Notes: generated by a model from the letters alone, not told the origin. A stretch of DNA of 64,000 bases from Pseudomonadota bacterium (GCA_027338645.1 DAHWSH010000052.1:28533-92532), one strand, 5' to 3'. Positions 39,582 through 50,078 are shown, counted from the first letter of the stretch. Numbers and translations: made by a program.

Positions 39582-41216
39582 CTACTCATGGTCCGCTTCC
39601 GCATCCGCCCCATCGCCTGTCACCGAGCCGGGTTGGATCACAAAGCCCGCTGCGAAAAGCTTCTGCACGCCGGGATCCTGTTCCAAGGTCTTTTGGGCCT
39701 GCTGTCGCTTGACTTCAAGAAGCGCTTCCTCGTGACGGGCGGGCGTCGGACCTTCCCCCAAGCCCGACTCGAAAAGCACCTTCACGGCCTCCCCTTGTGT
39801 CTCCTGGAGCGCGGCTTCGATCCGGCCCTTGAGCTGTTCGGTGAGCAGGGCCTCCATCCCCAAAGGCAGGCCAAGCACAAGCTCACCGTTTGTAAACTTT
39901 CTGCAGACCGACTGGTTGAGCACCTGCCGGGCAGCCCCGCCCAAGGTCAGCCGGGACACATAGAGGGGCCAGTTTTCCGGAGACAGGGCAAGAGCGGATC
40001 CGATCGGAGACGGATCGGTCGAGCCCGCCGCGGGGATATCCGGTGCGGGGGCGCGCTCCCGAGGAGGGGGAGAGACCGGCCCGGGTGGGCGTCCGGACGA
40101 TGCCGGCCGGAAACTCAGCAAGCGGATGCACGTCATGTCGAACGTCATCCGCGGATCATCGATCACCCGGATTTCTTCCAACCCACGGCGGACGATCTCG
40201 TAGTCCAGCTGGAGATCAAGCGGATCGACCCGTTTCAAAAGATCCTCCCACCGCGCCATTTCCCCGGCACGGACCCTGAGGCCGGCTCCCCATTCGAGCC
40301 GGGCCGCCAAATCGACGAAACGACGGCCCATGGCCTCGAGAATTCCCGCATAATCGGGCTCGAGCGCATGCAGGGTCTCGAGGAGTGCCCCCAGACGGAC
40401 CGGGTCGCGTTCCAGGACCGCACCCACCAGCGCATCGAGTTGCTCCGGGCCAAGGGTTCCCAGGATTTCCACCACGTCCTTTTCCCGGATACACCCTCCC
40501 CCATAGGACAGGGCGAGATCCAAGAGGCTCAGTGCATCCCGTACGCTGCCGCCCGCTGCACCGGCCAAAAGATCGAGAACCAAAGGATCGGCATCGACGC
40601 CTTCCGCCCGGACCACCTCCGCGAGATGTCCGGCGATCCGATCCGCCGGGACACGCCGCAGGGCAAAACGCAAGGCGCGGGACTGGATCGTCGGCGGAAC
40701 CTTCTCCGGTTCCGTCGTCGCCAGGAGAAAGTAGACATGGGGAGGGGGTTCTTCCAGCGTCTTCAGGAGGGCATTGAATGAGTGGGCCGACAGCATGTGC
40801 ACTTCATCGATCAGGTAAACCCGGAAGCGCCCCCGGGTCGGCAGGTAGGGAACGTTCGCGAGGAGTTCCCGGGTCTCTTCGACCCGGGTCCGCGAGGCGG
40901 CGTCGATTTCGAGAAAATCCGGAAAAGAGCCGGCATCGATCTCCCGGCAATGGGCACAGACTCCACAGGGCTCCGGGGTCACTCCCTGCTCGCAGTTGAG
41001 TGCCTTGGCGACCAGCCGACCGAGGGTCGTCTTCCCGACCCCCCGGGTGCCCGAGAATAATAGGACCGGATGCAGCTGGTTTTTCCGCAGGGCATTCTGC
41101 AGGGCGCGCACCACGGGTTCCTGGCCGATCAGCGCCGGAAAGGAACGGGGTCTCCACTTGCGGGCCAGGGGCTGGTGGGTCACCAGGGGGGACAAGGGAG
41201 GCTCCGTCGGACTCAC
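39582..41216 (-). CDS. dnaX: DNA polymerase III subunit gamma/tau
   Basis: AAA+ motifs ([17 protein letters not shown]) and zinc module CxxC...CxxC. Confidence 0.9.
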   Translation of the reverse strand: MSPTEPPLSPLVTHQPLARKWRPRSFPALIGQEPVVRALQNALRKNQLHPVLLFSGTRGVGKTTLGRLVAKALNCEQGVTPEPCGVCAHCREIDAGSFPDFLEIDAASRTRVEETRELLANVPYLPTRGRFRVYLIDEVHMLSAHSFNALLKTLEEPPPHVYFLLATTEPEKVPPTIQSRALRFALRRVPADRIAGHLAEVVRAEGVDADPLVLDLLAGAAGGSVRDALSLLDLALSYGGGCIREKDVVEILGTLGPEQLDALVGAVLERDPVRLGALLETLHALEPDYAGILEAMGRRFVDLAARLEWGAGLRVRAGEMARWEDLLKRVDPLDLQLDYEIVRRGLEEIRVIDDPRMTFDMTCIRLLSFRPASSGRPPGPVSPPPRERAPAPDIPAAGSTDPSPIGSALALSPENWPLYVSRLTLGGAARQVLNQSVCRKFTNGELVLGLPLGMEALLTEQLKGRIEAALQETQGEAVKVLFESGLGEGPTPARHEEALLEVKRQQAQKTLEQDPGVQKLFAAGFVIQPGSVTGDGADAEADHE

Positions 41217-41256
41217 GCCCCCCCCTCGCTGACGGGGGAGGGACCGCCGCGCTCCA

Positions 41257-41346
41257 TGGCGGAGAGGGTGGGATTCGAACCCACGATACGGTTACCCGTA
41301 TACACACTTTCCAGGCGTGCTCCTTCGACCGCTCGGACACCTCTCC
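41257..41346 (-). tRNA. tRNA-Ser (anticodon GGA)
   Basis: 90-nt class II tRNA read from the reverse complement. Acceptor GGAGAGG/CCTCTCC, anticodon loop CTGGAAA, long variable arm TATACGGGTAACCGTATC, T-arm GTGGGTTCGAATCCCAC, discriminator G and CCA. Confidence 0.9.
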
Positions 41347-41468
41347 GCATAACCGCTGTCGGGGAACCGGTGCGCTCCGGGGCTCCCCTTCCCCTCTCAC
41401 CCGGAGCCATGAAGCCACCGGGCGCCGGACTTTGAGACCGGGATTCCACCCTCACGGGACTCCGTGAC

Positions 41469-41732
41469 TCAACCGCCCCCCGCTCCCGGGTGGGCCGGCC
41501 TGAGTCCGGGGGGGACAATCGGGCATTCCCCACCGGACAGGGGACTTTTGGCCTTGATCTCCGGGATGCGATAACGCCCGGACGGCAAGACAGAAACCCC
41601 GTTGGTGCGGGGCGCCTGCGCCGGAAGAACCTGGGGTGGATGGTGCGGCACGGGACAGGCGACGCCTGCGCAACCCGCAAGGAGGACCAGACAACCCAGA
41701 ACGATCAGACTTTTCGAAACACGGTCAGGCAA
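41469..41732 (-). CDS. Small predicted lipoprotein in the position normally held by bamC (possible short or remnant BamC)
   Basis: A TTG start 5 nt after the dapA stop gives the lipoprotein signal (M)PDRVSKSLIVLGCLVLLAG-C. Only about 87 aa and rich in Pro/Gly. An alternative ATG at 41774 would overlap dapA. Confidence 0.35.
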   Translation of the reverse strand: MPDRVSKSLIVLGCLVLLAGCAGVACPVPHHPPQVLPAQAPRTNGVSVLPSGRYRIPEIKAKSPLSGGECPIVPPGLRPAHPGAGGG

Positions 41733-41736
41733 TGCA

Positions 41737-42636
41737 TCATCTCCCGGCGCTGGATCCGGACCGGCCGATGGCAAGCCGTTCCAGAGTGATACGGACCGTC
41801 TCCCGGTTCCTTTCGGAGAGGGGGACCAGCGGCAACCGGATGCCCCCGGGGATCCACCCCATCTCTTCCAAGGCCCATTTGACCGGGATCGGGTTCGACT
41901 CGATGAACAAAACTTCGTGGAGCGGCGCGAGCGAGTCTTGCATCGCCCGCGCCGCGGACCACTCGCCCCGGAGCGCGTGACCCACCCACCGGGCCATCCG
42001 CTCGGGGGCCACGTTCGCGGTGACCGAGATCACTCCGCCACCACCCGCCTCGATGAAATCGAGCGCCGTCCCGTCATCACCGCTCCAGTAGCCGAAATCA
42101 GGCCGGCAGAGCTCGCAAAGCGCCCGCAGGCGCTCGACTCCCGGTATAGCTTCCTTGATGCCGACGATGCCGGGAACCCGGCTCAGACGGGCCACCGTCT
42201 CCGGCAGGAGGTCACAGGCCGTCCGGCTCGGCACATTGTACAGGATGATCGGGACCGAAACCGACCGGGCTACCGCTTCGAAGTGGCGGAACTGCCCTTC
42301 GGGACCCGGCTTGTTGTAGTAGGGAGCCACGAGCAGGCAGGCATCGACCCCGAGTTCCGCCATGCGGCGGGTCAGCTTAAGGGTCTCGTCGGTGGCATGG
42401 GTGCCGCTGCCGGCAATCACCGGGATTCGACCCCGTACACGCCTCAGGACCGCCTCGACCAGGGCTACTTTCTCGACCGGCCGGAGCGTTGCGCTTTCCC
42501 CCGTGGTACCACCGATCACCAACCCTTGCGTGCCGGATGCGAGATGCCATTCAACCAAATGGTCAAGACTTGTATAATCAATCTGGCCGTCTTGGGCCAT
42601 GGGGGTGACCAGAGCCACCAAACTACCCTGAAACAT
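41737..42636 (-). CDS. dapA: 4-hydroxy-tetrahydrodipicolinate synthase
   Basis: Canonical DapA N-terminus MFQGSLVALVTPM...GTTGESATL. Confidence 0.9.
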   Translation of the reverse strand: MFQGSLVALVTPMAQDGQIDYTSLDHLVEWHLASGTQGLVIGGTTGESATLRPVEKVALVEAVLRRVRGRIPVIAGSGTHATDETLKLTRRMAELGVDACLLVAPYYNKPGPEGQFRHFEAVARSVSVPIILYNVPSRTACDLLPETVARLSRVPGIVGIKEAIPGVERLRALCELCRPDFGYWSGDDGTALDFIEAGGGGVISVTANVAPERMARWVGHALRGEWSAARAMQDSLAPLHEVLFIESNPIPVKWALEEMGWIPGGIRLPLVPLSERNRETVRITLERLAIGRSGSSAGR

Positions 42637-42747
42637 GGCTCACACACGCCTAGGGGGCACGCTGTTGAACTATCTTAATCGTTTACGGAGAGAGCGCTCA
42701 AGTCCCACCGGATCGGCGTTGCCCCGCAGGGCCGAGAAGCCGCATCC

Positions 42748-43278
42748 ATGAAGCAGGTCTTGGTGTTGAACGCCATGGGCCCCAACCAATCCGCCCTCCT
42801 ACCGGATCTGACCCGCTATATCCTCGAGTGCGGCTGTAACATCCTGGAAAGTCGCATGTCGGTGCTGGGCACCGAGTTCGCCTGCTTTCTCCTGATTTCG
42901 GGACCGTGGGATGCGATCGCCCGGCTGGAAAGCGGTAGCAAAAAGATGGAACGTAAGCTCCAGGTGACGCTCACCCTGCAGCGCACGACCGAGCGTTCGC
43001 TCGTCAAGGAAATGACCCCGTATGCCGTCGACGTGGTCTCCCTAGACCAGGAGGGAACCTTGTTCAACCTGACGAGCTTTTTCACCGAACGGGAAATCAC
43101 CGTCTGCGAACTCAGTTCCCGAACCTATGTGGCGAGCTACACGGGGGCTACCATGATGGCTTTCCAGATGACGATCCTGGTTCCCGCCTCACAACCCATT
43201 GCCCACCTCCGGGAGGAGTTCACCGATTTCTGTGACAAACTGAACCTGGATGCCATCATGGAACCCGTGAAATCCTGA
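42748..43278 (+). CDS. gcvR: ACT-domain regulator, GcvR-like (glycine cleavage system transcriptional repressor family)
   Basis: Two ACT domains. 176 aa. Conserved dapA-gcvR-bcp neighbourhood. Confidence 0.65.
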   Translation: MKQVLVLNAMGPNQSALLPDLTRYILECGCNILESRMSVLGTEFACFLLISGPWDAIARLESGSKKMERKLQVTLTLQRTTERSLVKEMTPYAVDVVSLDQEGTLFNLTSFFTEREITVCELSSRTYVASYTGATMMAFQMTILVPASQPIAHLREEFTDFCDKLNLDAIMEPVKS

Positions 43279-43284
43279 AGCCCC

Positions 43285-43755
43285 ATGCCCGACCCGCTTC
43301 TGATCCCCGCCTTCGACCTCCCCGCCTACCCGGGTGGCCACCTCCGCTCCGGCGCCCTTCAGGGTCACCCGACCGTTCTCTACTTCTATCCCAAGGACAG
43401 CACCTCCGGGTGCACGGTGGAGGCTGTCGAGTTCACGGCACTCCATCCCCGGTTCCGGCAGCTCGGCATTGGGATTGTGGGTGTCTCACGGGACTCGCTC
43501 CGTTCCCATGAAAAATTTGCGCTGAAGTATGCGATCCCCTTCCCGCTCGTAGCCGATACGGAATCCACGCTCTGCCGGGCCTGCGATGTGATCCGCGAAA
43601 AATCGCTTTATGGCCGTAAATACCTCGGGATCGACCGCAGTACTTTCTTTTTCGACGCCGAAGGGCGGCTTCGTGCGGTCTGGCACAACGTCAAGGCACG
43701 GGGGCACGCCCAAGTTGTTCTCGAGCGGGTGATGACGACCCGGATGGCTCCCTGA
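43285..43755 (+). CDS. bcp: Thiol peroxidase Bcp (peroxiredoxin)
   Basis: YFYPKDSTSGCT peroxidatic-Cys motif. Confidence 0.85.
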   Translation: MPDPLLIPAFDLPAYPGGHLRSGALQGHPTVLYFYPKDSTSGCTVEAVEFTALHPRFRQLGIGIVGVSRDSLRSHEKFALKYAIPFPLVADTESTLCRACDVIREKSLYGRKYLGIDRSTFFFDAEGRLRAVWHNVKARGHAQVVLERVMTTRMAP

Positions 43756-43762
43756 ACGATCC

Positions 43763-45190
43763 ATGACGAGACCGGGCAAGCGTCTCTGCGTCCTGGATAC
43801 GAATGTCCTGATGCATGATCCGGCGGCCCTCTTCCGCTTCCACGGGGACGACCTGTTCTTGCCCATGGTGGTGATCGAGGAACTCGACGCCGCGAAGAAA
43901 GGATTGAGCGAGGTGGCACAGAATGCGCGTCAGGCCAGCCGCTTCCTCGAACAGATGATCCACGGCGCAACCCGGGACGCGATCCACCAGGGATTGCCGC
44001 TCGAACCCTTCTCCCTGAAGTCGGGGCCATCCGCCTCCAATGGAACCCGGACCGGCGGCGCTCAGGGACGGCTGTTCCTCCAAACCGAAACCCTCCTCGA
44101 GCCGTTGCCCCTCGAACTGCCGGGCCATCATCCCGACCATGCGATCCTTTCAGTTTGTCTGGCGCTGGGCCAACGCCAGATTGAGCATGTGGTCACGCTC
44201 ATCACCAAGGATGTCAACCTGCGCATCAAGGCGGCCGTGCTCGGCGTCCGCGCGGAAGACTACGCGAGCGACCAGGTGCTCGAGGACCTGAGCCTTTTGG
44301 AAAGCGGCATGCGGAACCTGCCTGTGGATTTCTGGCAGACCCACGGCGAACGGGTCCAGTCGTGGAATCGCGAGGGCCTGACCTACTACGCCGTGGAAGG
44401 CCCTCTCGTTTCCGGGTGGTTCCCCAACCTCTGCCTGTATGGAGCCGGGGAAACCCCGATCGAGGCCCTGGTCCGCGAGACGGATGGACAGCGTGCGGTT
44501 CTCGAGCTGGTCCGGGATTTCCGCGCCCCCCACGCGCCCGTCTGGGGCATCCACGCCCGCAACCGGGAACAGAACTTTGCCTTGAACCTCCTCCTGCATC
44601 CTGATCTCGATTTCGTGACCCTGCTGGGTCCGGCCGGGACCGGCAAGACGCTCATGACGCTCGCAGCCGGTCTCCAGGAAACCCTGGAGCACAATCGGTT
44701 CCGGGAAATCATCATGACCCGCATCACCGTCCCCCTGGGCGAGGACATCGGCTTCCTGCCCGGGACGGAGGAAGAGAAAATGACACCCTGGATGGGTGCC
44801 CTCCTGGATAACCTGGAGGTCCTGAGCGGCTCTTCGGGGAGCGGCAGCTGGGGACGAGCCGCCACCCAGGATCTACTCGCCCAACGCATCAAGATCCGTT
44901 CCCTGAACTACATGCGCGGTCGGACCTTTCTCAACCGTTATGTCATCATCGACGAAGCCCAGAACCTGACACCCAAGCAGATGCGGGCGCTCATCACCCG
45001 GGCTGGCCCGCACAGCAAGATGATCTGCGTCGGCAACATTGCCCAGATCGACACTCCCTATCTCACCGAAACGACCTCCGGTCTCACCTATGTGGTCGAT
45101 CGCTTCAAAAACTGGCCCTATTCAGGCCACATCACCCTGTCCCGTGGCGAACGGTCCCGCCTCGCCGATTTCGCCAGTCAGTCGCTATGA
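43763..45190 (+). CDS. PhoH-family ATPase with N-terminal PIN domain (YlaK-like)
   Basis: PIN acidic residues (LDTNVLMHD...VVIEELD) and Walker A GPAGTGKT. Confidence 0.8.
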   Translation: MTRPGKRLCVLDTNVLMHDPAALFRFHGDDLFLPMVVIEELDAAKKGLSEVAQNARQASRFLEQMIHGATRDAIHQGLPLEPFSLKSGPSASNGTRTGGAQGRLFLQTETLLEPLPLELPGHHPDHAILSVCLALGQRQIEHVVTLITKDVNLRIKAAVLGVRAEDYASDQVLEDLSLLESGMRNLPVDFWQTHGERVQSWNREGLTYYAVEGPLVSGWFPNLCLYGAGETPIEALVRETDGQRAVLELVRDFRAPHAPVWGIHARNREQNFALNLLLHPDLDFVTLLGPAGTGKTLMTLAAGLQETLEHNRFREIIMTRITVPLGEDIGFLPGTEEEKMTPWMGALLDNLEVLSGSSGSGSWGRAATQDLLAQRIKIRSLNYMRGRTFLNRYVIIDEAQNLTPKQMRALITRAGPHSKMICVGNIAQIDTPYLTETTSGLTYVVDRFKNWPYSGHITLSRGERSRLADFASQSL

Positions 45191-45360
45191 GCTGCAAGAT
45201 CCCCAGGCGGCCCCTTGGTTGTGCCAAGAGGCGCATGTGTTACCATAAAAGTGGACATAACGGAACGATTGCATTGCGATCACGCGATGTTTCAGGGGGA
45301 ATCCGGAGGTCCGGCTCCCCGTCAACGACCCAACAATGAGCCTGCGCAGGAGCGACGAAC

Positions 45361-46728
45361 ATGCTGACGATGACCCGTCTGTCCGCCAAGAAAACTGCCC
45401 GGAATCTTTACCTGTTTGCCCTACTGGCTGTGGCGGGGCTGGGCACCGCCCTCACCCCTCCGGCATGGGGGTCGGGATTCGCACTGAACGAAACCAGCGC
45501 CCGTGAGATGGGAAAAGCCTATGCCGGCAGCGCCGCGAACCCGGACGGAGCAACCGCCGTTTACTTCAACCCGGCCCTCTTGACCCTCCTCAAGAAACCG
45601 ACCCTCAACCTGACCGCCACCATTATCAAGCTCTATGGTGAGTTCACCCCAACCTCGGCCATCGACGCCATCGGGGAACCCCTATCCGGGAATAATGGCG
45701 GCAACGCCGGCCGGAAACTTAACTTCGTCCCCTCGGGGTTCTTTGCCGCGCCCATCAACCACCACTGGTCGTGGGGCATCGGTATCTACGTCCCCTTCGG
45801 GCTCAGCACCGATTACAACGCCTCGTCGATTCTCCGCTACGAGGCCATCTACACCTCCCTGGACGTCATCAACATCAACCCGTCTTTGGCCTACCGTCTG
45901 TCCCCTCACTTTTCCATCGGTCTCGGGTTGGATATCTCGAAAGCCTACGCCAAGTTCACGAACGCGGTCGATGCCGGCGCGGTCTGTTTCGCAAAACTGG
46001 GACCCTTGAATTGCGAGAGCCTGAACCTCACCCCCCAGTCGCACGACATCTTTTCAGAGGTGCAAGGGAGCGACACGGCTTTTGGCTGGAACATCGGCTT
46101 CTTGTGGCATGACTCGGGAACTCGGATCGGTCTCACCTACCGGAGCCGGATTACCCACAATCTTGTCGGAACCGCCTCCTTCAACAACGTGCCGGCCCTC
46201 TTTACGCAAAGTGCCCTCTTCTCCCCGACCGACGCCAGCGCCAACCTCGAAACGCCGGACACGGCGACTCTGAGCTTCAACCAGCAGCTGTCCCATGCAT
46301 GGTCGATCGGTGCAACGGCCAGCTACACCCGTTGGGACTCCTTCCAGCAGATCCAGATTCTCTTTGCGAACCCCAACCAGCCGACAGCCACCACGCCCGA
46401 GGATTATCACAATACCTGGTACGGCAGCGTGGGAACCAGCTGGCGCTACAACAAGCACTGGACTTTCCGGGGTGGCCTCGGCTGGGACCAGAGCCCGGTC
46501 CCGGACTCGACCCGCAACGCCCGTCTGCCCGACGGCAACCGGGATTGGCTGGCCGTAGGCTTCACCTACCTGGTCAACCCGGCCACCAGTTTGTCGTTTG
46601 GTTATGCGCACCTGTTCCTGAACAGTCATATCCCGATGAACAACATCAGTCCATCGGGTGACCAGGTGGTCGGAACCTGGAACCTGGCTGCCAATCTCTA
46701 TGCCCTGGAGTTTGGCTACCAGTTCTGA
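45361..46728 (+). CDS. Outer-membrane long-chain fatty acid / hydrophobic compound transporter (FadL/TodX/OmpP1 family)
   Basis: Signal peptide, GSGFALNETSAREMGKAYAG N-terminal hatch motif, C-terminal ...EFGYQF ending in Phe. Confidence 0.8.
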   Translation: MLTMTRLSAKKTARNLYLFALLAVAGLGTALTPPAWGSGFALNETSAREMGKAYAGSAANPDGATAVYFNPALLTLLKKPTLNLTATIIKLYGEFTPTSAIDAIGEPLSGNNGGNAGRKLNFVPSGFFAAPINHHWSWGIGIYVPFGLSTDYNASSILRYEAIYTSLDVININPSLAYRLSPHFSIGLGLDISKAYAKFTNAVDAGAVCFAKLGPLNCESLNLTPQSHDIFSEVQGSDTAFGWNIGFLWHDSGTRIGLTYRSRITHNLVGTASFNNVPALFTQSALFSPTDASANLETPDTATLSFNQQLSHAWSIGATASYTRWDSFQQIQILFANPNQPTATTPEDYHNTWYGSVGTSWRYNKHWTFRGGLGWDQSPVPDSTRNARLPDGNRDWLAVGFTYLVNPATSLSFGYAHLFLNSHIPMNNISPSGDQVVGTWNLAANLYALEFGYQF

Positions 46729-46879
46729 ACCGGAAACCGGCGGACCGCGAAGCCATCGCGTCCGCCATCCCCGGTCCTGCTGAAGCGGGCTTTAGGGGTC
46801 CCGGCGCCCACCGGCGACCCGACGGGAACCTGCTTGTGCCTGACTCCTCACCTGAACCGAACGGAGCCCGAAACCGATC

Positions 46880-47752
46880 ATGCTTTTACCCAGACGCCAG
46901 ACCGATGGAATCCTCCCCCCACACTGCCGACCCACACGGATTCGATCGGAGATCCTCGTTGCCGGACGCCGGGTGGTCGCGGTCACCGGAATCCTTGGGC
47001 TGACCCTGACGCTCGGCGCCTGTGCGAGTTTGTCCGGCCATGGCCCGGGACCTTTTCACGACATCAACCGCGCGAACTTTGCCCTGAACGAGGCGGTGGA
47101 TCAGGCGGTTCTCCGCCCGACTGCCCATGCCTACGTGGCAGTCGTGCCCCATCCCATCCGGATCGGCATCCACAATGTCTTTTCGAACCTGTCGGATCCG
47201 ATGGTGGTCGTGAACGAGTTCCTGGAAGGCCGACCCCGGCAGGGACTTGAGGAAAGCGGCCGCTTTCTGGCCAACTCGACCTTTGGGGTTTTGGGTCTCT
47301 TCAACGTGGCCTCCGCCATGGGCCTCGAGCGCCATCATGCCGATTTCGGACTGACCCTGGCGCACTGGGGCGTGCCGCGGGGACCGTACCTCTATCTGCC
47401 CCTCTTCGGCCCGAGCAGCCTGCGCGGCCTCACGGGGCGCATCGTGGACAGTTATCTCGGAAATCCGGTCCAGTACATTTCATCCGTCCCCATCCGCAAC
47501 AGTCTCACGATCCTCAACCTGATCGAGATCCGGGCCCAGCTCATCGGCCAGGTCCGTCTCATCTACTCTGCACCCGACCCGTATCTGATGATGAAGGACG
47601 CCTACCAGCAACACCAGCGCTACCGCCTCTACCATGGCCATCCGCCCATCGTCTACCCGGGTCTGCCGGGCGGCCCGGCACCGGGAACGGATGCGCCGCC
47701 CACCCCGGCCCCCCAGCCGGCCGGAAAGCCCCGCCTGCCTTCAAAGCGCTGA
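46880..47752 (+). CDS. mlaA: MlaA/VacJ family outer-membrane lipoprotein
   Basis: Lipobox LTLGAC followed by the MlaA core (FNVASAMGL, GPYLYLPLFGPSSLRG). Confidence 0.8.
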   Translation: MLLPRRQTDGILPPHCRPTRIRSEILVAGRRVVAVTGILGLTLTLGACASLSGHGPGPFHDINRANFALNEAVDQAVLRPTAHAYVAVVPHPIRIGIHNVFSNLSDPMVVVNEFLEGRPRQGLEESGRFLANSTFGVLGLFNVASAMGLERHHADFGLTLAHWGVPRGPYLYLPLFGPSSLRGLTGRIVDSYLGNPVQYISSVPIRNSLTILNLIEIRAQLIGQVRLIYSAPDPYLMMKDAYQQHQRYRLYHGHPPIVYPGLPGGPAPGTDAPPTPAPQPAGKPRLPSKR

Positions 47753-47754
47753 CT

Positions 47755-48084
47755 TCAGGAAAGCCGGGACGCGTCTTCCAGGAGGAGATCTTCGACCTGG
47801 CAAAGCCGGGCAATGGCCCGGGCCTGGTCGGGCAGGTTCTGGATGCCGAGTGACCGGCCCTGCTCGAGGGCCAGCCGCTTCCATTCGATGAGCTGGGCCA
47901 CCCCCGCACTGTCCATGAAAGGAACCTCACCTAAATCCACCGTCCTGATCCGGGCAAAGGCACGCCGGGTCTTCCGGTCCGGCCGGACCAGGGTCGCAGC
48001 CGTGAGCGGACCGGTCACGGTCATCCGGTCACCCGTGATCCGGACCCCCATCCGGCCTGATCGGGACTCAGGCACCGTCGTCAT
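47755..48084 (-). CDS. mlaB: STAS-domain protein MlaB
   Basis: 109 aa STAS fold (DLGEVPFMDSAGVAQLIE) directly downstream of mlaC. Confidence 0.7.
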   Translation of the reverse strand: MTTVPESRSGRMGVRITGDRMTVTGPLTAATLVRPDRKTRRAFARIRTVDLGEVPFMDSAGVAQLIEWKRLALEQGRSLGIQNLPDQARAIARLCQVEDLLLEDASRLS

Positions 48085-48737
48085 CCGGACGGGGCATGCA
48101 CGGCGGGATGGATCGTCTTGTCCTGGAGTTCGCGAATGAGTCCGGCCACACCCACCCGTTCCAGGATCGGTTCAAACTGTTTCCGGAAACTCATGACGTA
48201 GGAAATCCCCTCGACACTCACGTCAAAAATCCTCCAGCCACGAGCCGTGCGGTAGAGCGCATAAGTGACACCCACCGACTGGCCTCCCTGCGTGTGAATC
48301 TCGCTCATCACCTGCACATAGTGCCCCGAAAGGGAACCCTGGTAGGGCTTGACCTGGACCCGGGCCCCCCGGTAGTGCCTGAGGGCCGTTGCGAAGGTAT
48401 GGATCAGGTAATGGTAGAAGAAGCGCTCAAAGTGTTTCTGTTCCGCCGGGGTCGTCGACCGCCAGTAGCGGCCCAGCACGTATTCCGCGGTCAGGGAGAA
48501 ATCGAAGTAAGGCAACAACTGGCCCGCCAGGAGGAGGGCCGTCTGGCGGGGATCTTGGCGGAGCCCCGGCCGGTGGGTCTTGAGAAAGACCAAGACCTTT
48601 CCGGTCGCCTGTTTGATCAGAGCGGTGGGCGTGGCCTGCGGATTGTCCACGAGGGGCGTAGGGGTCACGGGTGTGGCCTGAACCGGAAGCATAACCAAGA
48701 GGGCCAGGAGCGCGGAGGCGGGAAGGAGGCTTTTCAT
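48081..48737 (-). CDS. mlaC: Phospholipid-binding periplasmic protein MlaC (Ttg2D)
   Basis: Signal peptide MKSLLPASALLALLVMLPVQA and the MlaC/Tgt2 family body. Confidence 0.8.
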   Translation of the reverse strand: MKSLLPASALLALLVMLPVQATPVTPTPLVDNPQATPTALIKQATGKVLVFLKTHRPGLRQDPRQTALLLAGQLLPYFDFSLTAEYVLGRYWRSTTPAEQKHFERFFYHYLIHTFATALRHYRGARVQVKPYQGSLSGHYVQVMSEIHTQGGQSVGVTYALYRTARGWRIFDVSVEGISYVMSFRKQFEPILERVGVAGLIRELQDKTIHPAVHAPSG

Positions 48738-48820
48738 GTCGGAACACCAGTAGGACCGCGGATTTCGCGGCAGGGATCGGATCCGGTAGGGGGGCATGGT
48801 CCAAAAAGCGGGGGCTTTCC

Positions 48821-49285
48821 TCATTTGCCGGAATGGCCCCCGTGGGTCAGGAGTTGACCCAGCAGGTTTTCCAGGATAATCGCGGACTGGGTGAAATGAA
48901 TCGTACTGCCATTGCGGAGGAAGGTCGGCGCCCCTCCCGGACTCACGCCGATGTATTGCTCCCCAAGGACTCCCTGGGTCAGGATGGCGGCAGTCGAATC
49001 GGCGGGAATCTTGTCATAGTGATCCGAGATGAGAAGATCGACCTCGGCCTGGTACCGCTTCATGCTGTAACGGATCACGGTCACCCGCCCGACCGTCACG
49101 CCGCCCATGCGGACGGGTGCTCCCACGTGCAATCCGCCGACATTGTTGAAAAACGCCTTGACCTCATAACTCTGCCCGCCATAGGTGCGGTAGTTGGTGG
49201 TTTGCGTGGCCAAGTAGAACAGGGCCGCGACCCCCAGGAGCACAAAGAGACCGGTGATGACTTCCAGTGTGCGGATCGGACGCAT
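48821..49285 (-). CDS. mlaD: MCE-domain protein MlaD
   Basis: N-terminal TM anchor plus MCE domain. Confidence 0.85.
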   Translation of the reverse strand: MRPIRTLEVITGLFVLLGVAALFYLATQTTNYRTYGGQSYEVKAFFNNVGGLHVGAPVRMGGVTVGRVTVIRYSMKRYQAEVDLLISDHYDKIPADSTAAILTQGVLGEQYIGVSPGGAPTFLRNGSTIHFTQSAIILENLLGQLLTHGGHSGK

Positions 49286-49307
49286 AAAACCCTCTTGGCA
49301 ATACCCG

Positions 49308-50078
49308 TCAATACATGAATGAGGTTAGCAGAAAATCAAGGGCCAATATCGCCATGGAACTGATGACCACGGATCGGGTTGTCGCCTGGCCGACGCCTTC
49401 GGCGGTGGGTCGCGCATGGAAACCCTCATAGAGGGAAATCAGGCTACAGGCCACCCCAAAAATCAGACTCTTCACCATGCCATTCACCAAATCGGCATGA
49501 AATCGGACCTCGTGCCGCATGCTCGACCAGAAGACTCCGGGATCGAGTCCCATCATCTTGATACCGATCAGGTAGGACCCGAGGACGCCCATGGCACTGA
49601 AAATAGCCGCCAAGAGGGGCATGGCCAGAATCCCGGCCAGAAAGCGCGGGGCCACCACCCGCCGCATGGGATCAACGGCCATCACCTCCATGGCATCGAT
49701 CTGGCGGGTGGCGCGCATGAGTCCGAGTTCGGATGCGAGGGAGGTTCCGGCCCGGCCGGCGAACAGGAGCGCGGTCAGCACGGGACCGAGCTCGCGCAAC
49801 AAGGCCAGGGCCACGAGTCCTCCCAGGGAACTCGTGGCGCCGAAACGGGATAAGGCGGTGTAGAACTGCAAAGCCAGGACCAGGCCCACAAACAGCCCTC
49901 CCACCGCGATCAGGATGACGGAGACGGAACCCACGTAAAAAAGCTGTTCGACGAACTGACGCGGCCGGGCCAAGGTGGAGGGAATCAGGGTCAGACTGGT
50001 CACCAGAAAATGCAGACGGCGCCCAAGGGCTGCGCAGAACTCCAGAATCGGCCGGACGAGGGATCCGAGCTGCCTCAT
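49308..50078 (-). CDS. mlaE: ABC permease MlaE
   Basis: 256 aa MlaE family permease with 5 TM helices. Confidence 0.9.
   Translation of the reverse strand: MRQLGSLVRPILEFCAALGRRLHFLVTSLTLIPSTLARPRQFVEQLFYVGSVSVILIAVGGLFVGLVLALQFYTALSRFGATSSLGGLVALALLRELGPVLTALLFAGRAGTSLASELGLMRATRQIDAMEVMAVDPMRRVVAPRFLAGILAMPLLAAIFSAMGVLGSYLIGIKMMGLDPGVFWSSMRHEVRFHADLVNGMVKSLIFGVACSLISLYEGFHARPTAEGVGQATTRSVVISSMAILALDFLLTSFMY

Noticed and set aside
39582-41216. Programmed -1 frameshift heptamer (A AAA AAG) in dnaX that would produce the gamma subunit
   Set aside because: I did not find an AAAAAAG run on the coding strand. Tracts such as GGGAAAAGG do not form the slippery heptamer. The gene is short (544 aa), so a frameshift is not assumed.
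41347-41468. Region next to tRNA-Ser containing GGTGGAATCCCGG, which looks like a T-loop and could be a second tRNA or tmRNA fragment
   Set aside because: No acceptor stem, anticodon arm or CCA context can be folded around it. The similarity is limited to a short T-loop-like string.
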